Below are positions 1 through 8,478 of a stretch of 64,000 nucleotides of DNA, one piece after another. The position numbers were made by a program, and so were the translations under genes. Below the pieces are notes generated by a model that worked only from the letters and a program-made list of their open reading frames with translations, was not told where the DNA came from and made no database searches. Positions within the stretch are counted from its first letter, which is position 1. Each line of letters opens with the position of its first letter. The stretch covers positions 288,001-352,000 of the forward strand of contig CAXXYE010000004.1 of the NCBI GenBank assembly GCA_963674865.2. The letters are read 5' to 3'. This DNA comes from Candidatus Hydrogenedentota bacterium. Its GTDB lineage: Bacteria > Hydrogenedentota > Hydrogenedentia > Hydrogenedentales > SLHB01.

Positions 1-442
1 TGAGCGCCTTGGAGAGGGCCTGGTAGCCGTCCCGTGCGATGTACTCGTCAATGTTGGTGGGGTCGATGACTCCGCAATTGCGAAGCACCACCTTCTGTTG
101 CTGTTGGAAGAATCCTATCTCCCTGAGGGCCGGGACGATCTGCGCCGTCGCCGGTGTCTGGAAGTTCAGGCGCTCGACCACCCTTCCTTTGAGGAGGTGT
201 TCTTCAACGAGGTCGGCGGCGTCTTCCGGTTTGAGGCCTTGGTAGAAGATCCCGTCCGGATAGACCACTGCCACGGGGCCGACGGCGCAGGGGCCGAGGC
301 ATCCCGTTTCGACTAGCCGCACTTCTTTCTCAAGGCCATGTTTCTCGAGTGCCGCGCGAATAGCCGCACTCACCTCTAAAGCGCCCGAGGCCACACAACT
401 CGCTCCAGCGCATACAAGGACGTGCGATCGAATGCCGTCCAT
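1..442 (-). CDS. NAD(P)-linked hydrogenase/NADH dehydrogenase flavin subunit (HydB/HndC/NuoF-like), N-terminal part; runs off the window edge
   Basis: Not in the ORF track. Manual translation from ATG at 442 gives MDGIRSHVLVCAGASCVASG...VETGCLGPCAVGPVAVVYPDGIFYQ...QQKVVLRNCGVIDPTNIDEYIARDGYQAL, a thioredoxin-like 2Fe-2S domain followed by the NuoF start. RBS GAAAGGAG lies upstream. Confidence 0.9.
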   Translation of the reverse strand, partial: MDGIRSHVLVCAGASCVASGALEVSAAIRAALEKHGLEKEVRLVETGCLGPCAVGPVAVVYPDGIFYQGLKPEDAADLVEEHLLKGRVVERLNFQTPATAQIVPALREIGFFQQQQKVVLRNCGVIDPTNIDEYIARDGYQALSKAL

Positions 443-490
443 ACTCCACTGCTCTCCTTTCACGTCGGGTTCGCGGAAAATCCCGCCCCG

Positions 491-862
491 TTAGTCTGCG
501 ATCAAATACTCGAGGACGGGTTGTCCGTCGAGGACGTGTTCCTGGACAATTTTTCGGATTCGCTCGGCGTTGAGCTTCCCGTAGTGGTGCTCGGCGCCAT
601 CGCCCGTCGCTACCGTCAGCATGGGCTCGCGGTCACAAAGGCCGGCGCATCCCGACTGACGCAAGGTGACGTTATCGACCTGGGATGATTCGAGTTCGGC
701 GACCAGGGCGGCAAGCACGTCGCGTGCGCCGGCGGCGATTCCGCAGGTGCCCATGTGTACGGTGATCTGGATATCCTTGGGTTTGCCGCGAACATCCATT
801 TCGGCACGTGCACTTTCCCGAAGCGCATTGAGGTCCTTAGGATTGTTGATTTTTGGCGACAT
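491..862 (-). CDS. thioredoxin-like [2Fe-2S] ferredoxin subunit (HndB/HydD-like)
   Basis: Motifs ITVHMGTCGIAAGAR, QSGCAGLCDREPM and HYGKL; lies between NuoE-like and NuoF-like genes. Confidence 0.88.
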   Translation of the reverse strand: MSPKINNPKDLNALRESARAEMDVRGKPKDIQITVHMGTCGIAAGARDVLAALVAELESSQVDNVTLRQSGCAGLCDREPMLTVATGDGAEHHYGKLNAERIRKIVQEHVLDGQPVLEYLIAD

Positions 863-900
863 CGTTTCCCTTCTCCTTGAGCCGGGCCCTTGCCCGTATC

Positions 901-1437
901 CTATGCCTGGTTCACGGGGGAAAGGTCTTCCCTCTCGATATACTCGTCCAGGATCGCCTGGATCTTTGTGGGTTTGACGCGTTGATAGACGTCATTGTCG
1001 ATCATGATGGCCGGGGCAAGGCCGCAAGCTCCAAAACAGCGCGCCACGTCGAGCGAGAAGAGGCGGTCTTCCGTCGTCTGGCCGACGTCAATGCCAAGGC
1101 GTTGCTTTAGCGCCTCGAGTACCTGCTTGCCTCCGCGGACATAACACGCTGTGCCCAGGCAAACACGAATGACGTGCTTGCCTCTTGGGATAGTCGAGAA
1201 GAAGGAGTAGAAACTCACCACTCCCGCCACTTCGCTGTAGGATTTGCTGAGGCCCAGACTGATGGCCTTCAGCGCTGACTCGGGAAGGTAGCCGAACATG
1301 GCCTGCGCGATTTGCAGCACCGGGATGAGGGCTCCCGGCTTGTCGCGGTAGTCGGCAATGACTTCATTGAGCCGCTCCAGCAATTCCTCTTCTGAGAGCC
1401 CTTCCGTACAGGCGCAGGGCTTGGTTTGCTCGCTCAT
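901..1437 (-). CDS. NuoE/HydC/HndA-like [2Fe-2S] subunit (probable internal start within the 901..2055 ORF)
   Basis: Motifs LIPVLQIAQ..GYLP, VVSFYSFF, CLGTACYVRG and RCFGACGLAP. ATG at 1437 is preceded by a strong RBS, GAGAAGGAGAG. Confidence 0.9.
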   Translation of the reverse strand: MSEQTKPCACTEGLSEEELLERLNEVIADYRDKPGALIPVLQIAQAMFGYLPESALKAISLGLSKSYSEVAGVVSFYSFFSTIPRGKHVIRVCLGTACYVRGGKQVLEALKQRLGIDVGQTTEDRLFSLDVARCFGACGLAPAIMIDNDVYQRVKPTKIQAILDEYIEREDLSPVNQA

Positions 1438-2055
1438 ACATCTCTCCTTCTCGATGACATTGTTTCCATTCCCTTTAATGCGTTCGAGCCCCATGGCGGC
1501 GTGCGCGGCGGGGCGACAACTGAACAAGGCTGTGAGGTGCGCACGAAGCTTTTCCGAGACGCGGCGTGCGACGACAAGGCCATATCTATCGTCTGAATCG
1601 ATCTCGCGGGCCACATCCGACACGCGAATCGAGCAATCGGAGCCGTCCGCTTTTATCTGGCACCAAAGGTCCAAGGCCGGGTTTGTACAGACAACGGACG
1701 ACAAGGTGGTCGCGAGATCGCCCAAGGGCTGGCGGTCCACGTTGCTCAATTGCATCTTGACGTCGACCTGTAGTCCGCCGAGCCTTGATTTGTCCATGGA
1801 GAGCGAGCCGCCCGCGCGTTCGGCCGCAGCCTTGAAGAGGCTGAGGCCAAGTCCCGTTCGCTTCCCGTTTTTCGTCGTGTAATAGGGGTCGAGGGCCTGT
1901 TCGGGCGTTACCGTCAGTCCAGGGCCGTTATCCTCGACGATGAGCTTAAGCCAATCTTCGGCGCGGCTTTCGGCGATGGTGACCGCGATGACGGAGGCGC
2001 CGGCGCGGAGCGCGTTCTCGACGACGTCCAGAATATGTAGGGATATCTCACGCAA
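901..2055 (-). CDS. HATPase_c (histidine-kinase-like ATP-binding) protein, reading in frame without a stop into the NuoE-like gene
   Basis: MREISLHILDVVENALRAGA, EDNGPG, DPYYTTK..GLGLSL and DRQPLGDL are typical of the ATPase found in Hnd/Hyd clusters. TTG start overlaps the end of the PHP gene. Confidence 0.8.
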   Translation of the reverse strand: MREISLHILDVVENALRAGASVIAVTIAESRAEDWLKLIVEDNGPGLTVTPEQALDPYYTTKNGKRTGLGLSLFKAAAERAGGSLSMDKSRLGGLQVDVKMQLSNVDRQPLGDLATTLSSVVCTNPALDLWCQIKADGSDCSIRVSDVAREIDSDDRYGLVVARRVSEKLRAHLTALFSCRPAAHAAMGLERIKGNGNNVIEKERCMSEQTKPCACTEGLSEEELLERLNEVIADYRDKPGALIPVLQIAQAMFGYLPESALKAISLGLSKSYSEVAGVVSFYSFFSTIPRGKHVIRVCLGTACYVRGGKQVLEALKQRLGIDVGQTTEDRLFSLDVARCFGACGLAPAIMIDNDVYQRVKPTKIQAILDEYIEREDLSPVNQA

Positions 2056-2782
2056 TTGAACAGCTTCTCCCTGATGCGCCGGCTAAGGCCAGAGCCAATT
2101 CCTCGAACGTTGCGTCGTGCATGTGGAACACGGTGTGGCAACTTCCGAGGTCGTCGAGGAAATGACTGTCCGAAGCCGCCAAGACGGGGAATCCGAGGTG
2201 GGCGAAGTCCTGGGAACGGCCGGCGCGAACGCCGACAGGAGAGATTTCGATGGCGTCGAAATGAGTCTTTTCAGGCCATATGCCGAGTTGGCTGGTTACT
2301 GAGAAAGAGGGCCTATCGACGTGCGAAGCGATGGCCAATGCGCCGTGGGCGTGGGCAAAGTCTACAGCGTCGTCGAGGGAAAGGCGCCATGCCGAGGACA
2401 GAAGACGCGACTCTTTTCCGATGGTGTTTCCACGGGATTCCATCAAGCGTTGGGAGCCAAAGGTGTCGCTGCGATCCGCGCCGTTCGGCAGGTCATCTAG
2501 AATCGTCCGTCCGGCTCGTGATGCCGCGTCCGCATCCGGAAACAGCGCAAGAACATGGATCTCCTCGGCGGTCGTCATCTCGATGCCGGCGAACACCGTC
2601 AGGTTGTCCCCTGCGGCCGTCATGACGGCCGCAGCGTTTCCTGCCGTGTTATGGTCGCAGATGGCCACGATGTCGAGTCCTTTGTTGATCGCTTGGGAAA
2701 CGATCGCCGGGGGCGTCATTTCCGGGTCGGCGCACGGCGATAGCGCGGTGTGTACGTGCAGATCTGCTGCGAACGCCTTCAC
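2048..2782 (-). CDS. PHP-domain metal-dependent phosphoesterase
   Basis: Motifs DLHVHTALSPC, AICDHN, GIEMTTAEEIH, ASHVDR and SDSH. Confidence 0.9.
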   Translation of the reverse strand: MKAFAADLHVHTALSPCADPEMTPPAIVSQAINKGLDIVAICDHNTAGNAAAVMTAAGDNLTVFAGIEMTTAEEIHVLALFPDADAASRAGRTILDDLPNGADRSDTFGSQRLMESRGNTIGKESRLLSSAWRLSLDDAVDFAHAHGALAIASHVDRPSFSVTSQLGIWPEKTHFDAIEISPVGVRAGRSQDFAHLGFPVLAASDSHFLDDLGSCHTVFHMHDATFEELALALAGASGRSCSIA

Positions 2783-3132
2783 TCATTGGGCCCTCGCAAA
2801 CCAAGGGCGTAAAGACGCCCGACGATGTCAAACGCCGGTTGCCGGGAAGTGTAGAGGGCGATTCCCTCCTCGGCGGCCTTGGCACGGGTGTTTTCATCGG
2901 GCCGGCGGTCGGAGGCGAAGATAATCGCCGCCAACTCGGTATGTAACGCCACGGCTACGACGTTGGTGTGTACCTGAACCGTAACAAGGACGCCGGAGCG
3001 CGGCGCGTGGGCTAGGACATCGCTCAATAGGTCGGACACGTGGCCGCCCGCTACTTCCCTTTCATCGTCGGGGGTAATTTCGGGGGTCAGGTTCTCTAGT
3101 TCCAGTTTTCGAGCGATTTCAGCTAGTTTCAC
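2779..3132 (-). CDS. DRTGG-domain protein
   Basis: GTG start at 3132 (GTGA overlap with the upstream stop). Sequence includes KLAEIARKLEL..GGHVSDLLSDVLA..VLVTVQVHTNVVAVA..FDIVGRLY. Confidence 0.85.
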   Translation of the reverse strand: MKLAEIARKLELENLTPEITPDDEREVAGGHVSDLLSDVLAHAPRSGVLVTVQVHTNVVAVALHTELAAIIFASDRRPDENTRAKAAEEGIALYTSRQPAFDIVGRLYALGLRGPNE

Positions 3133-4712
3133 GGGAGTTCCTCCGCCCGCGGCGCGCCTGCGTAGGGGCACGCCGACAGTTTGGCCCGGCCTAGGACGAT
3201 ATCTTCCGCAAGTGCCGAACAGGTCGGGGCGCCGCACACTCCGCAGTTTCGTCCGGGAAGCGATGCGGCCATTTTGTCCATCCGGCCCAGTTTTTCGATG
3301 GCTTTGGCCATGTCGGGGTCGAGTCGGATCCCGGCTATCGGCCTTATGTCTTTCAGTCGGCAAACAGCGCCCGCCCGCGCGGGCGCCAAGTGGTCGTTTA
3401 GGAGAGAGGCGGCTGTGCGCCATGAGCGTTCAGCCAAGTAGGGGTCTTGGCCCCACACCGGAGAGCCGAAGCACCCCTGTTGACAGGCGTAGAGTTCCAG
3501 GACGCGGGCGCCTGGATCGGCGCCGGTCTCGAGCGCCTCGAGAACGGCCGTAACATGGCCAAGGCCGCTTACCTGGAGCACGTCGCCGGGCGCACCTTTC
3601 GTCGGCGTCTCGTCGACGGAAGGCGACGGTGTCTTCCTGTCCCGGAGGCCCGTCATGACGGCTTCATAAAGTGCTCGGGCGGAGATCATGTCCGTTCCCG
3701 TCAAGAGGCCGGCAGCGTGCAGAACGGCGATCTGGGCCGGGCAGAGCGCGATGAAAGAGGAGTGAGAGCAGGTGAGTTCTTGGCAGGCTGCCTCGATTGG
3801 CGTCAGGAATGGGGCCACCAATCGCAATAGCGAGGCGTACCGCAGGTGGATCAGATTCATCACGGCCGGACACACGGGTGAGATGATCGGCCCAAGATTT
3901 GAGCGGCGCGCGTAGTTCCTGACGGCCTCGCGAAGAGGGATTTCCCATTCGCTGCTGAGCCGAATCGTCTCAAATCCGAGTTCTCTCAGCGTAGCTAGAA
4001 TGTCCTGCGGCCGGTAGGCGAGCCCGAACTGGCCAAGGAAGGCCTCCGGCAGTACCAGGCATTTATCGGCTGAAAAGGGAAGCGGCTCCGCGTCGCGCCA
4101 CACGCCTAACGCCCCGGTATCGCAGGCCTCGATACATGACGCGCAGCCTACGCACAGATGATCCAGGATGGCGGGCGCGTCGTTGCGGATGCGGACGGCT
4201 TGTGTTGGGCAGGCGCGCAGGCAGGCCAGGCAAGTGTGGCAGCGTTCCGGATGGATGTGGACATGGCTCGAATGCCGCGCCGGCTCGCCGGTTTCCTGTT
4301 GGAGCAGCACCTTGAATCGAACCTGAGTGCCGCAGCCAACCGTGGAACTGACGGAGAACTCATCGGTGTTCCGCCGTATGTTGGGGAAACCCATTCCGGC
4401 GCCGAAGCCCAGTTCCCGCGCGCGGGGGGGGGCGGTGGAGAAACCTTCCCGCATAGCCTGAGGGATATCGGATATCCCGGGGCCGGTGTCCTCAATGGAC
4501 ACATCCACCTGAGAGGGATCGATGCCGATACGCATGACGCCTCCTCGTGCGTGGATCACGGTGTTCATCTCGGCCTCGTAGGCTGCGATCATCGTTCTGC
4601 GAATGCTCTCCGGCGACGCACCGATGCGTTTCAACATTTCCTTAAGCTGTCTTGTGGCATGCCCCCCGGCCTCGTAGTCGCCTCCGGCGATGTCGAACAC
4701 CGCCGTCTTCAT
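3129..4712 (-). CDS. anti-sigma-type (RsbT/RsbW-like) Ser/Thr kinase fused to 4Fe-4S dicluster, [FeFe]-hydrogenase-like and C-terminal FeS domains
   Basis: N-terminus: YEAEMNTVIHA, DTGPGISDI, GFSTAP..RELGFGAGMG. Middle: CHTCLACLRACP and CVGCASCIEAC, then ISPVCP and ELYACQQGCFG. C-terminus: LPGRNCGVCGAPTC...CP. ATG at 4712 overlaps the upstream stop (ATGA). Confidence 0.85.
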   Translation of the reverse strand: MKTAVFDIAGGDYEAGGHATRQLKEMLKRIGASPESIRRTMIAAYEAEMNTVIHARGGVMRIGIDPSQVDVSIEDTGPGISDIPQAMREGFSTAPPRARELGFGAGMGFPNIRRNTDEFSVSSTVGCGTQVRFKVLLQQETGEPARHSSHVHIHPERCHTCLACLRACPTQAVRIRNDAPAILDHLCVGCASCIEACDTGALGVWRDAEPLPFSADKCLVLPEAFLGQFGLAYRPQDILATLRELGFETIRLSSEWEIPLREAVRNYARRSNLGPIISPVCPAVMNLIHLRYASLLRLVAPFLTPIEAACQELTCSHSSFIALCPAQIAVLHAAGLLTGTDMISARALYEAVMTGLRDRKTPSPSVDETPTKGAPGDVLQVSGLGHVTAVLEALETGADPGARVLELYACQQGCFGSPVWGQDPYLAERSWRTAASLLNDHLAPARAGAVCRLKDIRPIAGIRLDPDMAKAIEKLGRMDKMAASLPGRNCGVCGAPTCSALAEDIVLGRAKLSACPYAGAPRAEELP

Positions 4713-5059
4713 TGGGCCGGGGTGTCCATGAGTCCGTCGCCAAAGAGGTGGCCAAGGCGGGCGCACGTCTCGCTCATGTCGTGGGGAGACACCATAAGGG
4801 CCATACCGTGGTCGGCGACTGCCTCAACCAGTGCCGGTTCGGGCTTGATGCCGTTGAGCAGACAGATGCCTGCTCCGTCCATCAGTGCGACGGGACCCGC
4901 CAGCAGGGCGTGCGAAAGGTTGGTGACTAACAGCGTGCCATGTGTTACCTCACTCAACAGGTCGCTCATTCTGTCCCCCCCGTAGGCGCGCGTAATGGCT
5001 TCCGTCCCGGGGGTCAACAGACTGGCTTCGATGCTCGCTGCAATGTTTTCTGGTGTCAT
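4709..5059 (-). CDS. DRTGG-domain protein
   Basis: Motif AYGGDRMSDLL..LLVTNL; RBS AAAGGTGG; first gene of the cluster. Confidence 0.8.
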   Translation of the reverse strand: MTPENIAASIEASLLTPGTEAITRAYGGDRMSDLLSEVTHGTLLVTNLSHALLAGPVALMDGAGICLLNGIKPEPALVEAVADHGMALMVSPHDMSETCARLGHLFGDGLMDTPAQ

Positions 5060-5092
5060 GAAGGCGCCACCTTTTCTAACCGTGAAAGGAAG

Positions 5093-5108
5093 AGCAAGTC
5101 TCGGGCCA
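5093..5108 (-). promoter_or_regulatory. sigma-54 (-24/-12) promoter motif upstream of the hydrogenase-like operon
   Basis: Minus strand TGGCCCGAGACTTGCT fits GG-N10-GC and closely matches TGGCACG-N4-TTGCW; it is about 35 nt before the first ATG. Confidence 0.75.
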
Positions 5109-5303
5109 GTTCGGCGTCATTGATCGATGTTGTCGTAAGTGGTGGCGATGCAATGACATGCGGCGATTGCGGGGAGTTGGTTCCGGCGGGAGGCCGTGTT
5201 CCTCTTTCTCCCATGGGAGATCTGTGCACACGCTGGGGCCGAGAGCGGGTGGAGGCGGTGGCGTTCGGAAGGCGGGAGGCTGCGAGGCCTCCGGGTGGCG
5301 TCG

Positions 5304-6704
5304 TTACCGGCGGAAAGATTCTGCGCTAAAGCCGTATTTCTTCATGCGCTCGTAGAGCGCTCGCCGCGAAATGCCCAGCATTTGGCTGGTGGCCGTTACC
5401 TCGCCGCGTTGCTCGCGTAAGGCTGCCTCGATCACGGCAGACTCGGTGCGTTCCATCTCATCGCGCAGGCGGCCGGCCGTGGCGGGCAAGGATAGGAGCC
5501 GGGTCGGATTTCCCGGCGAATCCAGGTCGGGTTCTCCCGCGACGCCGTCGGCGGCGGTGAGTACCATTCGCTCGACGGCGTTCCGGAGTTCGCGGACATT
5601 GCCGGGCCACTCGTACCGCAGTAAACGCGCGAGGACGGACTCCGGTACTACCGGAGCGGGGACGCCGTAGCGATCGGCAATCCGCCGGGCAAAATACGAA
5701 ACGAACAGGGGAATATCATCCGCACGTTCTCGGAGGGGGGGGACGAAGACACGGAGCACGACGATGCGGTGGTAGAAGTCCTCGCGCATATCGCCGTCGC
5801 GAACTAATCGCGCCAGGTCCACTTTGGTTGTTGCAAGAAGCCGAACGTCTACCCGGCGCGCGGAGTCCTTGCCCAGTGGCTCAACCATCCCGTCTTCGAG
5901 GACGCGCAGCAGGTGCAACTGGGCTCGTTCGGATATGCTCTCGACCTCGTCCAAGAGGAGGGAGCCGCCGGTTGCCGCCACAAGCTTTCCATCGCGGTCC
6001 TCGGTGGCGCCGGTGAAGGCGCCTCGGGCGTGGCCGAACAGCTCGCTTTCGAGAAGCGCTTCCGGCAGGGCGCCTGCATTGGCCGCGACGAAGGGCCCGT
6101 CCGCACGGCGGCTCTGTGAATGGATGGCGCGCGCGGCGAGTTCCTTTCCGACGCCCGTTTCGCCCACAACGAGTACCGGTGCGTCGGAGCGAGCGGCCAT
6201 TTCGATCTGCTCGTACACATCCTGCATCGCGGGACTGCGGCCCACCATTCCGAAGCGGCCGTCTTCGCCGGTGGGCAGCATGCTCAGGCGCCTGCGCAGC
6301 TCTTCGCTTTCGCGCTGAAGCTCGGATTTCTCGACTGCGCGCTGTACGCGAGCCAGTAGGAAGTCGTCCTCGAAGGGCTTCTCAATGAAGTCGTAGGCCC
6401 CCGTCTTGAGGCAACGTACGGCCATGGCGACGTCGCCGTGGCCGGTGATCATCACAATAGGACACGGCACCTTGCGCCGCATGGCCTCCTCCAGGAACTC
6501 CTCGCCGTCCATTCCAGGCATCTTGATATCGCTGATGGCGCAGTCGGCCTCCATAAGCCGGGGCCAGGCCAAGGCTGCCTCCGCGGACGAGAAGAACTCG
6601 ACGGTATAGCCTCGGAGTTGGAGCATTTGGCCGATGGAGAAGCGGGCCGCCTCGTCATCATCTATGACTGCCACCAATCCGTGCCGCTGTTCCGTTCGGC
6701 TCAT
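5304..6704 (-). CDS. sigma-54-dependent response regulator (NtrC/DctD family: REC, AAA+, Fis HTH)
   Basis: Motifs DDD, SDIKMPGMDG, GETGVGKE, ESELFGH.RGAFTGA, LDEV, WPGNVREL and LGISRRALYERMKK. Confidence 0.95.
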   Translation of the reverse strand: MSRTEQRHGLVAVIDDDEAARFSIGQMLQLRGYTVEFFSSAEAALAWPRLMEADCAISDIKMPGMDGEEFLEEAMRRKVPCPIVMITGHGDVAMAVRCLKTGAYDFIEKPFEDDFLLARVQRAVEKSELQRESEELRRRLSMLPTGEDGRFGMVGRSPAMQDVYEQIEMAARSDAPVLVVGETGVGKELAARAIHSQSRRADGPFVAANAGALPEALLESELFGHARGAFTGATEDRDGKLVAATGGSLLLDEVESISERAQLHLLRVLEDGMVEPLGKDSARRVDVRLLATTKVDLARLVRDGDMREDFYHRIVVLRVFVPPLRERADDIPLFVSYFARRIADRYGVPAPVVPESVLARLLRYEWPGNVRELRNAVERMVLTAADGVAGEPDLDSPGNPTRLLSLPATAGRLRDEMERTESAVIEAALREQRGEVTATSQMLGISRRALYERMKKYGFSAESFRR

Positions 6705-8191
6705 GATTCGTCCGATGCCTCCTGGGCCGATGCGCCGGCCTCCGCAGTTTCGGCGGCGGGCAAACGTACCGTGAAGGTCGCGCCGCGCCCATCGTCGCTG
6801 TGGGCTTCGATGCTGCCGTTGTGGTCTTTGACGATGCTCAACGATATCGAGAGTCCCAGGCCTGTGCCGTGGCGGCTCTTCTTGGTGCTGTAGAAGGGCG
6901 CGAAAAGCCTTTCGGTTGTTTCCGGAGCGAATCCCTTGCCCGTATCGACGATCTCTATGACGACGGGGCGGTCGTTCTCCGGCTCGTGCCGCGTTCGGAT
7001 TTCGAGCCGGCGTACCTCCATGTCCTCCATGGCTTGGCGGGCGTTCGTGAGCAGATTCAGAAAGACTTGCTCTAAGCGTATTGCGTCCCCGGACACCGGG
7101 GGCAGGTCTTCCGCGAGCGAATGCGAGACGGATACGCCCGAAAGTCTCAACTGGGGCATCACGAACTCGACGGTTTCGACAAGCTTCTGGTTGATGTCCA
7201 CGAGGGCAAACTGCCGCTCCGATCGGCGGGCCAGTTCGCGCATCTGCGCAATGATCCTCGAGGCCCTGTCCACCTGGCCCGCGATCAGGCGTAGATTCTC
7301 CGCCACGTCACCGACATTTTCCCGGAGCATGTAGGATGCGTTTTGGGCGTAGTTCTTGATGCCTGTCAACGGCTGGTTCAATTCATGGGCGATTCCTGCC
7401 GCCATCTCGCCCATCTCCGCCAGACGTGTCGAGTGAACCAGTTGCTCCTCTTGTTTCCGGGCGAGTCTGGAAAGCTCTTGGTGCTTGGCCTCGATTCGCT
7501 CCATTTCCGAAATGTCATAGACACTGGCCAACACCGCGCGTTTCCCTTCGTATTCCACCAGCGAACTCGCGATGTCTCCCCAGACGGTGCGGCCATCCTT
7601 GGCCACGAGACGGCAATCGTAACGCAGGTCGGAAGCGGCTGCGTTCTTGCGAGACGCCACCAGTTCCCGCACCTTAGGTTGATCATCTTTATGGATGAAG
7701 TCCCAGAATGGCCGCCCGGCCACTTCGTCGAAGCGATATCCCATGAACTCCTGGATGCGGGGATTGGCGTAGAGAATGCCCTCATCGCTGTAGATGACGA
7801 TGCCGGAAAGCGACTTCTCGACGATGTCGCGGTAGCGCCTTTCAGAGGCCCTGCATGCCCGGTGTGCCGCAAGGGCCTGATCCCGAACGGCGCCCAATCC
7901 GAGGGCCACGACGAAGAATGATACGAGGCGCGCCGAGTCGCCCCACGGATCAGGTGTGGCGACGAGCCAGATCCGCGCGGCAAGCGGGACGGCTGCAAGA
8001 ATGCCCGCCATAAGGACGCCTTTGCGGCCCCACCACAACGCACTGAGTACGAGCGCCATGTAGGCCAAGGGCGAGAAGAAGCTCTCGGAACGCGCGTTGC
8101 CGGCATGCACCACCATCAGAACGCAATACGCGGCCCCCAGCGCGAGAATCGCGGACGTCTGGAGCCATTGTGACCTTCGAGGCATACGCAT
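6701..8191 (-). CDS. membrane PAS-domain sensor histidine kinase
   Basis: N-terminal TM helices, a PAS domain, H-box AHELNQPL, N-box QVFLNLLTNA, DTGKG and GTGLGLS. ATGA overlap with the response regulator. Confidence 0.95.
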   Translation of the reverse strand: MRMPRRSQWLQTSAILALGAAYCVLMVVHAGNARSESFFSPLAYMALVLSALWWGRKGVLMAGILAAVPLAARIWLVATPDPWGDSARLVSFFVVALGLGAVRDQALAAHRACRASERRYRDIVEKSLSGIVIYSDEGILYANPRIQEFMGYRFDEVAGRPFWDFIHKDDQPKVRELVASRKNAAASDLRYDCRLVAKDGRTVWGDIASSLVEYEGKRAVLASVYDISEMERIEAKHQELSRLARKQEEQLVHSTRLAEMGEMAAGIAHELNQPLTGIKNYAQNASYMLRENVGDVAENLRLIAGQVDRASRIIAQMRELARRSERQFALVDINQKLVETVEFVMPQLRLSGVSVSHSLAEDLPPVSGDAIRLEQVFLNLLTNARQAMEDMEVRRLEIRTRHEPENDRPVVIEIVDTGKGFAPETTERLFAPFYSTKKSRHGTGLGLSISLSIVKDHNGSIEAHSDDGRGATFTVRLPAAETAEAGASAQEASDES

Positions 8192-8478
8192 GGTTCATTC
8201 CGTTTTGCGTTCCTAATTCAATTAGCGGGGATAGCGCCACTCGGTGTGGAAGTATGCCGTCGCGAACGAGCCGCGTCAAGAAGTGGCCGGGGACCTCGTC
8301 GGTTGGGGTGGCGAGCGCACCGCGGTCTTGTGCCTTGATTGTGGGGAACCGAAGCGCGTGCTTCGGGTGATTCGCCATGAGTCAGGGAAAACGAGGGCCC
8401 AAGCCAGGTGGTTGCGCGGGGCATCGGGGGCATGCCGTGAACACGTGGGCTGAGGGGCTCAGTGCGCGGGGACGGAAC

